Part shown: piece after piece, positions 22,800 through 32,231 of the stretch | Layout: the number at the start of each line of letters is the position of its first letter | How positions within the stretch are numbered: position 1 is the first letter of the stretch | Source: a virus | Lineage: Duplodnaviria; Caudoviricetes | Direction: 5' to 3' (one strand) | Virus record (IMG/VR): IMGVR_UViG_3300037419_001409 | Span: 1-34,003 of that record | DNA length: 34,003 bases | Notes under the pieces: model-generated | Database searches by the model: none | What the model was told of the DNA's origin: nothing | What the model saw: only the letters and a program-made list of their open reading frames with translations | Made by a program: the position numbers and the translations under genes

Positions 22800-24098
22800 C
22801 TACCAAGCCGCGCCGTTGCTGACGCGGTGCCAGGAATTGGTCGCGACGCAAGTGTAGATGTACGTTGCGTCTATGCTCATTTCGCCTTGAACACAGGCTG
22901 AAGTCGCGGTCGCCGGCGTGCTGAAGGGAAGAGCAAAGCGACTTTGGACTTTGAAGAGCGTCGTTCCCGTGGGAATAACAGCGACGCCTGTCCCGGCCAC
23001 GTTTACGAGCGAGAAATCATTCGTCGTGCCCAGGTTCGGCGCGATGACGAGGCCAAGGCCCGCGTTCGTGTAGATCTGCCCGATGTTGCCCGCGAACGTG
23101 CCCGCACCGGGGAAGAACCCGAGCCCCCGCACGTTCCCGCTCCCGTCGACCGAGAAGTTCTTGCTCGCGTAGGCGTTGCCCGAGATCGTGATCGTCGAGA
23201 GGTCGATGCCCTTGCCGAGGGTGTAGGTCGGCGATGTGCCGGCTCGCGTGCCCGTGCAAACAAGGCAGCTCGTCGTGTCAAACGGCCAGATGCCGTTCAT
23301 ATTGCCGAGCAGGATGCCCGTCTTGTGTGAGACTGCGCCGGGCTGGTTTGAGAAGGCCAGGACGGCGTCGAAGGCGCTGCCCTGAACCGCATCGTCGCTT
23401 CGTCCGACGAAGGTCGAGAGCGCCTTATAGGCTACCGAGGCGCCCGTCTGGACGGCGGTGTTAAACTCCGCGCCCGTGCATTCGTCCCAATAAGTTGCGC
23501 CGGTCATGAGCGCGCAGACAGGCTCCATGCCGTAGAGATTGCCGCGCGGGACCGAAGACGTGCCGCCCTCGTTGACGGCCGCCTGCGCCTGCCCGGAGAC
23601 CGCCACGTACTGCGGAAGCCCGTTGCTGGCGTTCGACGCCGCGCTGAGGTTCGCGAAGACCCCGAGTGCGATCCTGCCGCCCTGCATGGCCGACCCGCCG
23701 AACGAATGCACGATTTCGACGCAGCTATTGGCCGGCGTGACGCCGCCATTCCAGCTATCGCCGAAGCAGTAAATTGGGTTCTGCTTCGCGCTCGCCGAAC
23801 CGTTTCCGCCCGTGAAAGACGGGATGGTCTCGGAGATGCCGCCGCTGAGTGAGAGGTTCGGTGCCGTCACCGTGCCGGTGAAGGTCGGGCTCGCCTTGGG
23901 CGCGAAGGTGTTGGAGATTGAGTTCAGGAGAACCTGGGCAGCCGCATCGACATAGGCCGTCGTGGCCGTGTAGGTCGAGTTGTCGCCCGCTGGGCGCGTT
24001 GCGTATTTGGGCGGCGTGCCCTGAGCCGAAGCAGGGATGGGCAGAATAGCGAACGCCATCAGCGCGGCGCTGAAAGCCGCTCGAACCGAGGGGAACAT
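22800..24098 (-). CDS. Tail fibre/spike-like protein with signal-peptide-like N-terminus
   Basis: T.PAGDNST..ATTAYV and APKASPTFTGTVTAP fibre motifs; C-terminal C.QGE...D..YIYTCVATNSWHR. Confidence 0.75.
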   Translation of the reverse strand: MFPSVRAAFSAALMAFAILPIPASAQGTPPKYATRPAGDNSTYTATTAYVDAAAQVLLNSISNTFAPKASPTFTGTVTAPNLSLSGGISETIPSFTGGNGSASAKQNPIYCFGDSWNGGVTPANSCVEIVHSFGGSAMQGGRIALGVFANLSAASNASNGLPQYVAVSGQAQAAVNEGGTSSVPRGNLYGMEPVCALMTGATYWDECTGAEFNTAVQTGASVAYKALSTFVGRSDDAVQGSAFDAVLAFSNQPGAVSHKTGILLGNMNGIWPFDTTSCLVCTGTRAGTSPTYTLGKGIDLSTITISGNAYASKNFSVDGSGNVRGLGFFPGAGTFAGNIGQIYTNAGLGLVIAPNLGTTNDFSLVNVAGTGVAVIPTGTTLFKVQSRFALPFSTPATATSACVQGEMSIDATYIYTCVATNSWHRVSNGAAW

Positions 24099-24108
24099 CC
24101 CAGATCCT

Positions 24109-24354
24109 TCAGTAGCCGGAAAAGGCGAGGGTCGAGCCGTTGACCCAAGGGGCGCCCGTGATGCCGGGATCGGTCTTCGGAAGGCCAGCCACGTAGGCAG
24201 GAAAAACCTGCCCGAGGATGGTCGTCGTGAGCGTGAACGCCGGGCCAGGGGGTCCGGCCGGGCCAGGCAATCCTTGAGGTCCAGCCGGCAAAGCTACGCC
24301 AGGCGCGACGTTCTGTGCCGCTGGGCGCGCGACTGTAATAGGACCCGTGATCAT
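24109..24354 (-). CDS. Small collagen-motif protein
   Basis: GPQGLPGPAGPPGP; C-terminal LPKTDPG..G.PW.NG. Confidence 0.75.
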   Translation of the reverse strand: MITGPITVARPAAQNVAPGVALPAGPQGLPGPAGPPGPAFTLTTTILGQVFPAYVAGLPKTDPGITGAPWVNGSTLAFSGY

Positions 24355-24746
24355 CGTACAATCCCTAGATTGACTGTCACCGGCCCCGTCGCGATTGTCT
24401 TTGTGTAACCATCTCCCATTGCCTGCATCTCAAAAACATAAGATCCAGGCCAGAGCCTCTCTACGGAACTTTTAGGGATGGCTAGCGCGACAACGTTTAA
24501 GCCGTCACCGCCTGTTGAAATGGTGCCGTTTTGCGGCAGCCCATTCACGAGTCCCGAGACGCTGGACGCGATGATAAGGGCATTGGGGTCAACTGCCTGT
24601 GCCCGCAGCATCATCACGAGAGTCAGACCGGCGAGCGAGATCGGGTCCGACGAGGCGTCGATATACGCCCAGGCATCGGTCCAGTCTTCATTGTTCGCGA
24701 TTGCGACCGGGAATGTGAGCAGAGGGAGATCGAGGATCTGTGTCAC
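24351..24746 (-). CDS. Tail-associated adaptor-like protein
   Basis: NEDW....P.SLAG..L.MMLR...GSYVFEM......TIATGPVTV..GI pattern seen in tail modules. Confidence 0.7.
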   Translation of the reverse strand: MTQILDLPLLTFPVAIANNEDWTDAWAYIDASSDPISLAGLTLVMMLRAQAVDPNALIIASSVSGLVNGLPQNGTISTGGDGLNVVALAIPKSSVERLWPGSYVFEMQAMGDGYTKTIATGPVTVNLGIVR

Positions 24747-24752
24747 TGGATG

Positions 24753-25220
24753 CTAGGCCGCGATCTGCGCTGCTTCGATAAAGAGCTGATCCACCTGCGC
24801 AGAGGTCAAATCGAGGCTCTTGCTCAGGCTCGCCACGTAGGAGTTCGAGCGCTCCCACGTCCTTGCCTCGGTGAACCAGATCTGCGCCTCAATGCCGGCA
24901 GCCTGCGCGGCGGCCGTCACATCATTGAGAAGCGTCTTGCCCTCAGCCGATCCGGGGGTGCGGGAAAGCTGGATCTTGGCCTGCACGCTGGTGACGGCCG
25001 CGGGAACGACCGGATCGGACGATGGGGCGGGGGGCGCCTTGAACGCTTCTGCCGCCTCATCCCAGACCCAGCCCGCCTGCGCGTCGCCGGCCGGCTTGTA
25101 GGTGGCGGCCAGGTCTGGCGGGAAGCAGTCGGCCAAGGTCAGGCCATCCGGGGGCGTGAACGGGCTTACGGCCATCAGGCCAACACCGGGGATGTCGGCA
25201 GTGCTGAAGTAGGCGTCCAT
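24753..25220 (-). CDS. Tail-fibre-associated protein
   Basis: AGWVWD....F.AP, VPAAVTSVQAKIQL, L.LTSAQVDQLFIEAAQI; GGAGG RBS. Confidence 0.75.
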   Translation of the reverse strand: MDAYFSTADIPGVGLMAVSPFTPPDGLTLADCFPPDLAATYKPAGDAQAGWVWDEAAEAFKAPPAPSSDPVVPAAVTSVQAKIQLSRTPGSAEGKTLLNDVTAAAQAAGIEAQIWFTEARTWERSNSYVASLSKSLDLTSAQVDQLFIEAAQIAA

Positions 25221-26119
25221 CAGGCGTACTCCTCCACAATGATGGCCCCTGGGCCGCCGGAGCCGCCGATCTGGCCGCCCGCATTGGAGCCCTGGCACAC
25301 AGCGCCACCTCCGCCCGCGCCGTAGGAGCCGGCAGACGGCGTGTTGCCGTTTGAGTTGCTGGTGAAGACGCTGGAGCCACCTGCAAAGCCGAGAGGGGAG
25401 GTGCCGCCCGCTCCTGACGCCTCATTTGAGCCCGAGAACGAGATGGCATTGCCACCGGCCTGCCCGGCCCCGTTGAAGACGTTACCACTGGCGCCGGAGC
25501 CGCCTGGGCCGCCGGCCTGCGTCGCCGGAGCGGACGCGGCACCGCCGTTGCCGCCGCCAATGCCGCCGCTGGCGCTCAAGAGCCCACCAAAAGAAGTGTT
25601 GCCGCCGGTCTGTTGCGGGAGGTAGACCGCCGAGACCGCGCTCGTGCCGCCCGCGCCGATTGTCATCGCGACGCTGGAGAACCCCGAAGTCAGCTCCGAG
25701 ACGGCGACACCGCCCGCCCCGCCGCCGCCGCCCGATCCGAACTGGCCGGACGTAGTCGGTCCTGCCGAGCCGCCCGACGCGCCGCCGCCGATGCAGGTCA
25801 CGCGGATGTAGCGCGTGCCGGTGGTCGGCGTGTACGTGCCGCTCGCCGTGAACACCCGCCGGGCGATCAGCGATCCCTTGGCGTAGTTGTTGACGACGAC
25901 TGTCTTGGCGCCGGCTTGAACTGCCTTCCAGAGCTGAAACAGGTCCGCCGTGTCTGGCGTCTGCCCAGATGACGTAATCGCATTTACGATTTCATGTTGA
26001 AGCTGGTTAAATACTTCAGCATTGACGATTGAGCCCTTCACCGAATTGGTCGGGTCAGCGTTCTGAAAATCGGGCACGGGCGTGACGCCGATTTTGTCGA
26101 AGGGGGGGAGCCTATCCAT
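25220..26119 (-). CDS. Glycine-rich tail fibre protein
   Basis: N-terminal F.NADP...GS.V.AE..N.LQ.EI.NAI..SG.TPD..D..QL baseplate-attachment motif; FTASGTYTP...GGGGG..GG...G.IIVEEY domain. Confidence 0.85.
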   Translation of the reverse strand: MDRLPPFDKIGVTPVPDFQNADPTNSVKGSIVNAEVFNQLQHEIVNAITSSGQTPDTADLFQLWKAVQAGAKTVVVNNYAKGSLIARRVFTASGTYTPTTGTRYIRVTCIGGGASGGSAGPTTSGQFGSGGGGGAGGVAVSELTSGFSSVAMTIGAGGTSAVSAVYLPQQTGGNTSFGGLLSASGGIGGGNGGAASAPATQAGGPGGSGASGNVFNGAGQAGGNAISFSGSNEASGAGGTSPLGFAGGSSVFTSNSNGNTPSAGSYGAGGGGAVCQGSNAGGQIGGSGGPGAIIVEEYA

Positions 26120-26894
26120 TGCTGATCGCCACCTGTGAATAGTCAAAAATCACGGCGGTATGGCCAGGAGCCAGGCGCCGAATAAGGCACTCAAGGTCTG
26201 TCGCCAGACCGAATTCGCACATGTGATCAACGCCGCATTGACCGACGCCTGCGCGCAACCAAGTCAATCGTGTATTGAAGACTGATATTCTCCAGATGAA
26301 GCGGATATTCGGAGGGCCAAGCCTCCAGATCCAATCATCTCCAGCACTTAATTCAATCTCACACATATGGCTGACGCCGCACTCGGCGACGCCGCAATAG
26401 GCTGGGATCCTCGTAAGTTCGCCAACCGGCCTTGTGTCTCCGCACCGCGTCTCGCCGCAGACTACAGGCCGGTACTCATAGATCGTGACCTGATAGCCAA
26501 GCTGCTCAGCCAACCCGAGATAGAAAGCCGGGTCTTGGCGCCCGATCAGGGTCAGGCGCTGGATCAATGCGTTACGCCGCAGATCAAGGGTTAGCGCTTC
26601 GGCGTTGCAGGGATCTGGTAGACCGAAGGCGCGCTCCCAATCGGGCAGCAGCTCATAGGTCAGTCGCGGGTCAGTCTCGATGAACAGCAGATCGGCGGCC
26701 CGAGCGTCGACCTTATCGCCCCAGACGCGCGCGAGACCGCGGGTCAGGTCGGAGAGCGCTTCGTCATCACCTCTTGGAGCGTCATCGTTCGGCGCGGGCG
26801 CTACGGCGCGGGGCCAAGCCGCGCCGACCGGATGCAAGCCAGAAAATGCCTCTGCATAGTCGTCGGCCGAGCGACGGACAAACAAATCCGTCAT
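26112..26894 (-). CDS. Baseplate protein YmfQ/DUF2313 (Mu gp48-like)
   Basis: P.G.AWPR, E.DPR.T.ELLPDWER..GLPD.C, LEC.IRR..P.HT..IFDY. Confidence 0.9.
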   Translation of the reverse strand: MTDLFVRRSADDYAEAFSGLHPVGAAWPRAVAPAPNDDAPRGDDEALSDLTRGLARVWGDKVDARAADLLFIETDPRLTYELLPDWERAFGLPDPCNAEALTLDLRRNALIQRLTLIGRQDPAFYLGLAEQLGYQVTIYEYRPVVCGETRCGDTRPVGELTRIPAYCGVAECGVSHMCEIELSAGDDWIWRLGPPNIRFIWRISVFNTRLTWLRAGVGQCGVDHMCEFGLATDLECLIRRLAPGHTAVIFDYSQVAISNG

Positions 26895-27988
26895 CAGGCA
26901 AAGGCCACTGTTCCGAGCGTCGCCATCCGCCCGCCATTCGCCATGACAGCGTCGCTAGCCGTCAGGTCGAAGTAGTCGACGCCCTCGGCGGCCGAGATCG
27001 CCTCGGAAATCCATGCCGCATAGATTGTCTGCGCGGGCTGGAGACTACCGTTCACGGCTCGGGCCGGCGCGGCGCGCTGTTTGATCATATCGGATACGCT
27101 CGACAAGATCGCGGCCCGAGTGGACAGCGTGTCGGGAGAAAGGTTGCTGATCGCGAAGTTGACCGGCTGCGGGATAGGCGAAACGACGTAGATGTCGGAC
27201 ACCGTGATCGGCCGGACTGTGGCAAGATGAGCCGCCACTGCATCGCAGTCCGCCTGGATCGGGTAGCCGCCAACGGAGGCGCGCAGGTCGTCCATCATGA
27301 ACCGGACGGTGACCGTGCCGAGGGCGACCTCGTGCGGCGCGGCCCAGGCTCGGGTCACGCCCGGCACCTCACGCGCCCAGGCCACATAGTCGTCGGCGTC
27401 ACCGCCCATCGGCGGTTTGCGGATCCGGAACAGCACCCGGTCGCGCAGGGAGTCTACGCTCTCAATATCGACGCCGTAGCTCGTGACCCCGGTCACGGCA
27501 GCGGAGGCCGTCACGCCCGAGATCGCCGCGATCAGCGAGAGGCTGGTGCCCGTGTCGAGATTGCCAACGACGCCGGCAGTGAGCGCTCGCACGCTGAGCG
27601 GAGTGGCGACATCGGTTCCACCGAGCGTCACATCAGCCGTAGACTGGAACAGGACGCCATTGTTTGAGAACTGCGTGCCCTGCGCCACTACCGTCCCGGC
27701 CGGGCCAGACAGGGTCGCGGTGAGCACCGCGTAAGTCGCCGCCTTGCGACCGCCGGGCAGAAAGATGTCCGCCCAGCGCTGAAGCATCTGCTCGCCGGCT
27801 TGATCGGGCAGGTACTCCTTCGCCTGGCGGGCGATGTACTGGAGCACCAGGAAGGCGAGCGCGCCATTGTCGTCGGCGAGGATACCGGCCGGACAGTTGC
27901 CGGGTAGAGCGCCAACGCGCAGCGCCTCTATGACGGCGTCACGGCTGAGCCCTCGCGTTTCCGCGAGCGTGGGGATCTGCAAAGGCAT
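26894..27988 (-). CDS. Baseplate J / Mu gp47-like protein
   Basis: G.DIES.DSLRDR.L.RIR.PP.GGDADDY..WAREVPGVTRAW...GTVTVRF. Confidence 0.95.
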   Translation of the reverse strand: MPLQIPTLAETRGLSRDAVIEALRVGALPGNCPAGILADDNGALAFLVLQYIARQAKEYLPDQAGEQMLQRWADIFLPGGRKAATYAVLTATLSGPAGTVVAQGTQFSNNGVLFQSTADVTLGGTDVATPLSVRALTAGVVGNLDTGTSLSLIAAISGVTASAAVTGVTSYGVDIESVDSLRDRVLFRIRKPPMGGDADDYVAWAREVPGVTRAWAAPHEVALGTVTVRFMMDDLRASVGGYPIQADCDAVAAHLATVRPITVSDIYVVSPIPQPVNFAISNLSPDTLSTRAAILSSVSDMIKQRAAPARAVNGSLQPAQTIYAAWISEAISAAEGVDYFDLTASDAVMANGGRMATLGTVAFA

Positions 27989-27991
27989 GCG

Positions 27992-28480
27992 TCAGGCCCT
28001 GATGCTCTGCCAGAGATCCGAGAACCGGAGTGCGATTGACGGCAGCGGCCCGCGATAGAGCGTAGCGGTCGCATCGATCCGTTCAACGCCGACGCGCTCG
28101 GCCGACACGCTGATGCGAGAGGCGACACCCTTCTCCTTGAAGGGTTGGAGCGCTTCACGGATGTATGTCTCAACGCGGGCCACCGTGCTGCCCCTGCGAG
28201 CGGCAGCGCCGGTTATGCTGGACCGAGACAGGAGCCAGAGGCGCGTTCCGATTGGCCAGCCATCGCGGATAGCGTCAGCATTGAGATCGCCCCACCAGCC
28301 GCGCCGGTTGGTGTCGCCCTTCTCCGGCAGTTCATCATCCGGTTGCGCCAGCCGATCCGTGCCGAGGGCGATCACCACGCAATCGGCGAGATCTTCCGCA
28401 GGGTCGCGCTGATCCACGGGGGTCAGAAGCCACTCGCGCGTGACCGCGCAGCGGGATTGAACGACGATAGTATCTGGCAT
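27992..28480 (-). CDS. Mu gp46-like baseplate protein
   Basis: V.IALGTDR.A..DD.LP....RRGWWGD....IGTRLWLL.R. Confidence 0.93.
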   Translation of the reverse strand: MPDTIVVQSRCAVTREWLLTPVDQRDPAEDLADCVVIALGTDRLAQPDDELPEKGDTNRRGWWGDLNADAIRDGWPIGTRLWLLSRSSITGAAARRGSTVARVETYIREALQPFKEKGVASRISVSAERVGVERIDATATLYRGPLPSIALRFSDLWQSIRA

Positions 28481-29256
28481 CAGGTGGCATAGACCTTCGT
28501 TGCCGCACCGTTGGTGGTGAGCGTGTCGCTTCGGCTGTCCTGCGTCCCGACCATGCCGATGCGCTGGCCTCCGGAGCCGCCCAAATGCACCTCGCCGTCA
28601 AGGATGATCTTGCCATCGGCCATGGTGATCGTGCAGCCGCCAGCTTTGATGGTGAGCGTCTTGAAGGTGAGAGTGCCCGCGTCCTTAGCTGTGACGGCAT
28701 AAGTGCCGTCTTGCTTGGCCTCGACGTTGACCTGAACATCCTTCTCGGCCGCGACGTTCGCGCCGTTGTTCTTCTTCTGGTCGCCGGAGGACGAGCCTGA
28801 GCCGCTGCCGCTGCCGCTCTGTTGCTTGTCCGACGCGACCCGATGCACGAAGCTCTTCGGGCTCTCCAGCACGGCGGCGTTCTCGCCGAAGTGCAGGAAC
28901 TGCTTGAAGGCGTCGTGCAGGACGTGCTCGCCCGCCTTCATGCCGTTGGGGCGGAAGCGGCGGTCAGCGGCCGGCATCGCGATTGGGTGCGAGTTGTTGC
29001 CGGTGAGCGTCCCGAGGATGACCTCAGCCGCGCCTTTCATCATGCCGGCCTTGGCCTGCTCATCGGTCGTGGCTCCCATCGGGAAAGCCGTCGATCCGAA
29101 CGGGTGCCAATGCTCGACGTCGGAATTGGTCTCAGCCCCGCGGATCTTCACGCCGAGCGTCTGCATGAACGGGCTGTCGTTGATCGTGCTGATGACCGAG
29201 CGCGACAGGCTGTTCGCGATCCGGTCAACGGCGGGGCGAGGTGGAGTGCGATGCAT
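28480..29256 (-). CDS. Mu gp45-like baseplate spike
   Basis: MQT........VEH.HPFG, G.NSHP.....DRRFRP.GMK.GE..L.D. Confidence 0.9.
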   Translation of the reverse strand: MHRTPPRPAVDRIANSLSRSVISTINDSPFMQTLGVKIRGAETNSDVEHWHPFGSTAFPMGATTDEQAKAGMMKGAAEVILGTLTGNNSHPIAMPAADRRFRPNGMKAGEHVLHDAFKQFLHFGENAAVLESPKSFVHRVASDKQQSGSGSGSGSSSGDQKKNNGANVAAEKDVQVNVEAKQDGTYAVTAKDAGTLTFKTLTIKAGGCTITMADGKIILDGEVHLGGSGGQRIGMVGTQDSRSDTLTTNGAATKVYAT

Positions 29257-29257
29257 G

Positions 29258-30379
29258 TCAGATCGCCGGGGCCGTCCCAGAGCCATACAGCCCCGGCACG
29301 CCGCCAGGGCCGTTCGCTTCAATCCGGTTGCCGCCGCCGAGGCGCCCCGGCAGGCACATCTCCAGCACCGACAAGGTGCCTTCCGGTCCCTGCGTTGAAG
29401 TCACGCCTTGGATAGCCAAAGCCATGTGATTGTCGGGAAACATGAAGGGGTCGTAGACGGTGATCGTCTTGCCGATCATCTCAAGCCACAGTGTGCTGCT
29501 GTCCTTGAACCAGCCTTGGACCGTGTAACTGCCGGAGAGCATCGTCACGTAGTTCGTTGCCAGTTCATGGTCAGCGCGCATCTGCATATCGCGCTTGTCG
29601 CCCGGCATCTCGGCCATGAAGCTGAATGGGCGGTTGCGCGTGACGGCGGGGTTCGTCGCCGTCGCCTTCACGTCCCGAGAGGCATCCCCGAATGTCTGAT
29701 CGTTGCCGGGCTGTTGCCCGACTGCGTCGATCTTGCTGAGAGCGTTCTCGTCGCACATCAGCAGGGAGCCTGCCTTGATGTTGCGGCCGAGTTCCAACTC
29801 GGCGCCCGTCCCAGTCTGATCGCCCGCCCGATAGGCGATCATGTTGCCGTCTTGGTCATCCCGCAGAAACACGTTGCGGAAGCGGCAGAGGCGTTCGATG
29901 AACGCAAACACAGTTTCGCCAGCCTGAACGTTAACCTTCGGGAAGACCTTGTCGGCGCCGTCCGTGCTGCCCTGAAGCTGGAATTTGATGCCGTAGGGCT
30001 GAAGGACCGAGTTGGCGATCTGGCTCAGGCTGTAGTTCTTAAACTCGCCCTTCTCGTGATCGACCGTCGAGTTGATGATGTCCGCCATCTTCGACGTGAC
30101 GGTGATCTGCAGCCCGTGTTCCTTGTCGTTGTAGGCGGGCTGCCGAGCCGAGATCGTGCCGTCGATGACCTTGCGACCAGCGAGGTTGATGATGGCGCGA
30201 TCAGCGACCCGTAGCTTCAGGCTATCCCAGGTCGGCACACCGGACTCGGCTGGCGAAGCGGCGGTGAAGGTCGCCATGCTCGCAACCGCGCCGAACGTCC
30301 GGTTTACCGATACCGTCTTCCAGTTGAGGTAGCGCTTGCCGTTCACCTGGATGCTGGCGACTTCCTTTGGGTTAGGCAT
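29258..30379 (-). CDS. Mu gp44 (gpP)-like baseplate hub protein
   Basis: V.G..Y..W..VSV.R, GETVF.FIERLCR, LELG.NI, TVQGW; lies between gpN and gp45. Confidence 0.9.
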   Translation of the reverse strand: MPNPKEVASIQVNGKRYLNWKTVSVNRTFGAVASMATFTAASPAESGVPTWDSLKLRVADRAIINLAGRKVIDGTISARQPAYNDKEHGLQITVTSKMADIINSTVDHEKGEFKNYSLSQIANSVLQPYGIKFQLQGSTDGADKVFPKVNVQAGETVFAFIERLCRFRNVFLRDDQDGNMIAYRAGDQTGTGAELELGRNIKAGSLLMCDENALSKIDAVGQQPGNDQTFGDASRDVKATATNPAVTRNRPFSFMAEMPGDKRDMQMRADHELATNYVTMLSGSYTVQGWFKDSSTLWLEMIGKTITVYDPFMFPDNHMALAIQGVTSTQGPEGTLSVLEMCLPGRLGGGNRIEANGPGGVPGLYGSGTAPAI

Positions 30380-30382
30380 CGG

Positions 30383-31057
30383 TCAAGCTGATAGCGCGCG
30401 GCCGTTGGACGGCATGAAAAGTGGGTGGACCACTTCATTTTCTAGAACCAACTCGTCTGCCCGCCTTGCATCGCCGTAGAGGCGCTGAGCCAGCACGAGC
30501 GACGACGGGTTGTTGGCGAGGCTGTAGGCTGCCAACTGCGGCAGCGGCCGTGCGCGGTCAGTCAGGTCGCGGATCATCGCGGCGCGCAGGCTGACCAGCA
30601 CTCGATAGGTGTCGGCGTCGCCCAGGTTCGCTGAAGCGTCCTGAGAGGCCGTAAAAGCTGCCGTCGCGAGCGCCTGAACCCGGTCCACCTCATTCCGACT
30701 TGGGAAGGTCGTATCGGCTAGGATCGCGGCTTCTTGGACGCAGCAGAAGACCAAGCCGCGTGCTTGCAGGATGGACGCGCGCGCGTCGGTCGCCGTGAAT
30801 GCGGCGATCACGGTGCGAAGCCGCTCCATCGCGTCGAAGGTCATGCCCGTCCGCCGGGCTAGGTCAAAGCATTTGAACAGCGGCGAGTTGATCGCCGCCC
30901 GCCGCAGAAGGCCCGGAGCATCGGCACGGAGGTCGCCCACAGCCGCGTCGAGATCGGCTCCAACGGTGCCGAGGTCGGCAGCACCGGAATAAGCCAGGAT
31001 CGCGTCAAGAATAGCCCCCAGCATGTCGAGAGCTGGCTGATCACGGCGCAGGCTCAT
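30383..31057 (-). CDS. Mu gpN (DNA circularisation protein) C-terminal-like protein
   Basis: LRAA...DL..RARPLPQL....PSSLVLAQRLYGDARRADEL..EN.V.HPLFMP. Confidence 0.85.
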   Translation of the reverse strand: MSLRRDQPALDMLGAILDAILAYSGAADLGTVGADLDAAVGDLRADAPGLLRRAAINSPLFKCFDLARRTGMTFDAMERLRTVIAAFTATDARASILQARGLVFCCVQEAAILADTTFPSRNEVDRVQALATAAFTASQDASANLGDADTYRVLVSLRAAMIRDLTDRARPLPQLAAYSLANNPSSLVLAQRLYGDARRADELVLENEVVHPLFMPSNGRALSA

Positions 31058-31576
31058 TCAGGCACCCGCAGCTAAGGCGCGGTTCAGGGCTTCGTTTTCT
31101 TTGGCAAGCTGAGCATCGCCGGCCGTCGCAGCCGTGGAACCTGCCGAACTCGCTTGGGTCCGGAGCTGATCCTGCGTGTCGTCCTGCACGTCGAAGGCGT
31201 CGTCTTCGCCTGCCTCGAAGAACTGCATCTCGATTTCGACGTAGCCGCCGCGCTCCCGGCGCTCTTGTGCGGCGCACTGGCCGACCTTGACTTCGAATTC
31301 GCCGAGCGTCGGGTGGACAAGCGTGCCCGCCCCCTCTTCGTCCAGCGCTTCAAGGAGGTCGTCCCGTTCGTCGAGGTAGAAGGGGCCGATGCAGTAGCCG
31401 GTGATCGGGAACGCGCGGCCCCGACGACCCAGGTCTTCCGTGTAGGGCACATCCCGTTTCGGAAACTCATGGAAGGCGAGACGCCGGCCCGCTGAGCGCC
31501 CCCCCACCTCGACGTGGAAGGGCACGCCGCGGAACGATGCAGGGCGCAGGCGGGCGCGCCAAGGACTATCGGCCAT
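31058..31576 (-). CDS. DNA circularisation protein N-terminal domain (Mu gpN-like)
   Basis: WRARLRPASFRGVPF.V....GRR..HEFPKRD.PY.EDLGR...G.GTLVHPTLG. Confidence 0.93.
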   Translation of the reverse strand: MADSPWRARLRPASFRGVPFHVEVGGRSAGRRLAFHEFPKRDVPYTEDLGRRGRAFPITGYCIGPFYLDERDDLLEALDEEGAGTLVHPTLGEFEVKVGQCAAQERRERGGYVEIEMQFFEAGEDDAFDVQDDTQDQLRTQASSAGSTAATAGDAQLAKENEALNRALAAGA

Positions 31577-31630
31577 GTTCTATAACCGTTCCCCTAGACG
31601 GCCACGCTGCGGCTCTCCACCTTTGAGAGC

Positions 31631-31972
31631 ATGCGCACCGCACTCGCCGCCTTAGCGTTCCTCGTCGGCTCTCATGGAGCCAACGCGCAGTCCGGTGTGC
31701 CAGCTGAAACGACTGTCAACACCTTGGCCATCGTCATGGTCGCAGAGACTTACTGCAAGCTGCCGGTTGACCATTCCAGGCTGGAAAACGCCTTGAATTT
31801 TAACGGCATATACAGCAGTGACATCAACCGCGGCGGCTTCTACTACGCTCGCCTGCGCTATCACTACGACAGCTTAATCAACATTTTGCAAACCACGCCG
31901 GGCGCCTCATGTGAAGCGTTGCGAACGAACGTGAATGCTGGCAACACTATCTGGCGTGGAGTGATCCGATGA
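31631..31972 (+). CDS. Exported hypothetical protein (moron)
   Basis: Signal peptide ending ANA-Q; two Cys; antisense to the tail operon; more AT-rich. Confidence 0.7.
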   Translation: MRTALAALAFLVGSHGANAQSGVPAETTVNTLAIVMVAETYCKLPVDHSRLENALNFNGIYSSDINRGGFYYARLRYHYDSLINILQTTPGASCEALRTNVNAGNTIWRGVIR

Positions 31973-32220
31973 TCTCGGTGACAGGGTTAGGGGCAATCGC
32001 CGCTGGACTAGCAATTGGCTGTCTTGCCAATGTGGCGTGCGCGGAAGACCTTCCGACTAAGAATTGCTCGGCGGCTTTCTTGACGCGGTGGCGGGCAGAT
32101 AGTGACGCGGCTCTCAAGAACATGCCGAAAGAACCGTGCTGGATGCGAACCAGCAGCGGCCCTTACGTTTGTTACAAAGACGGGTGCGTCCGTGCCAGCG
32201 CGTACTTTGATGGCGGCTGA
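31969..32220 (+). CDS. Small exported Cys-rich protein (moron)
   Basis: Signal peptide ending ACA-E; four Cys in the mature part; ATGA overlap. Confidence 0.65.
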   Translation: MISVTGLGAIAAGLAIGCLANVACAEDLPTKNCSAAFLTRWRADSDAALKNMPKEPCWMRTSSGPYVCYKDGCVRASAYFDGG

Positions 32221-32231
32221 GCGCGGACGTC

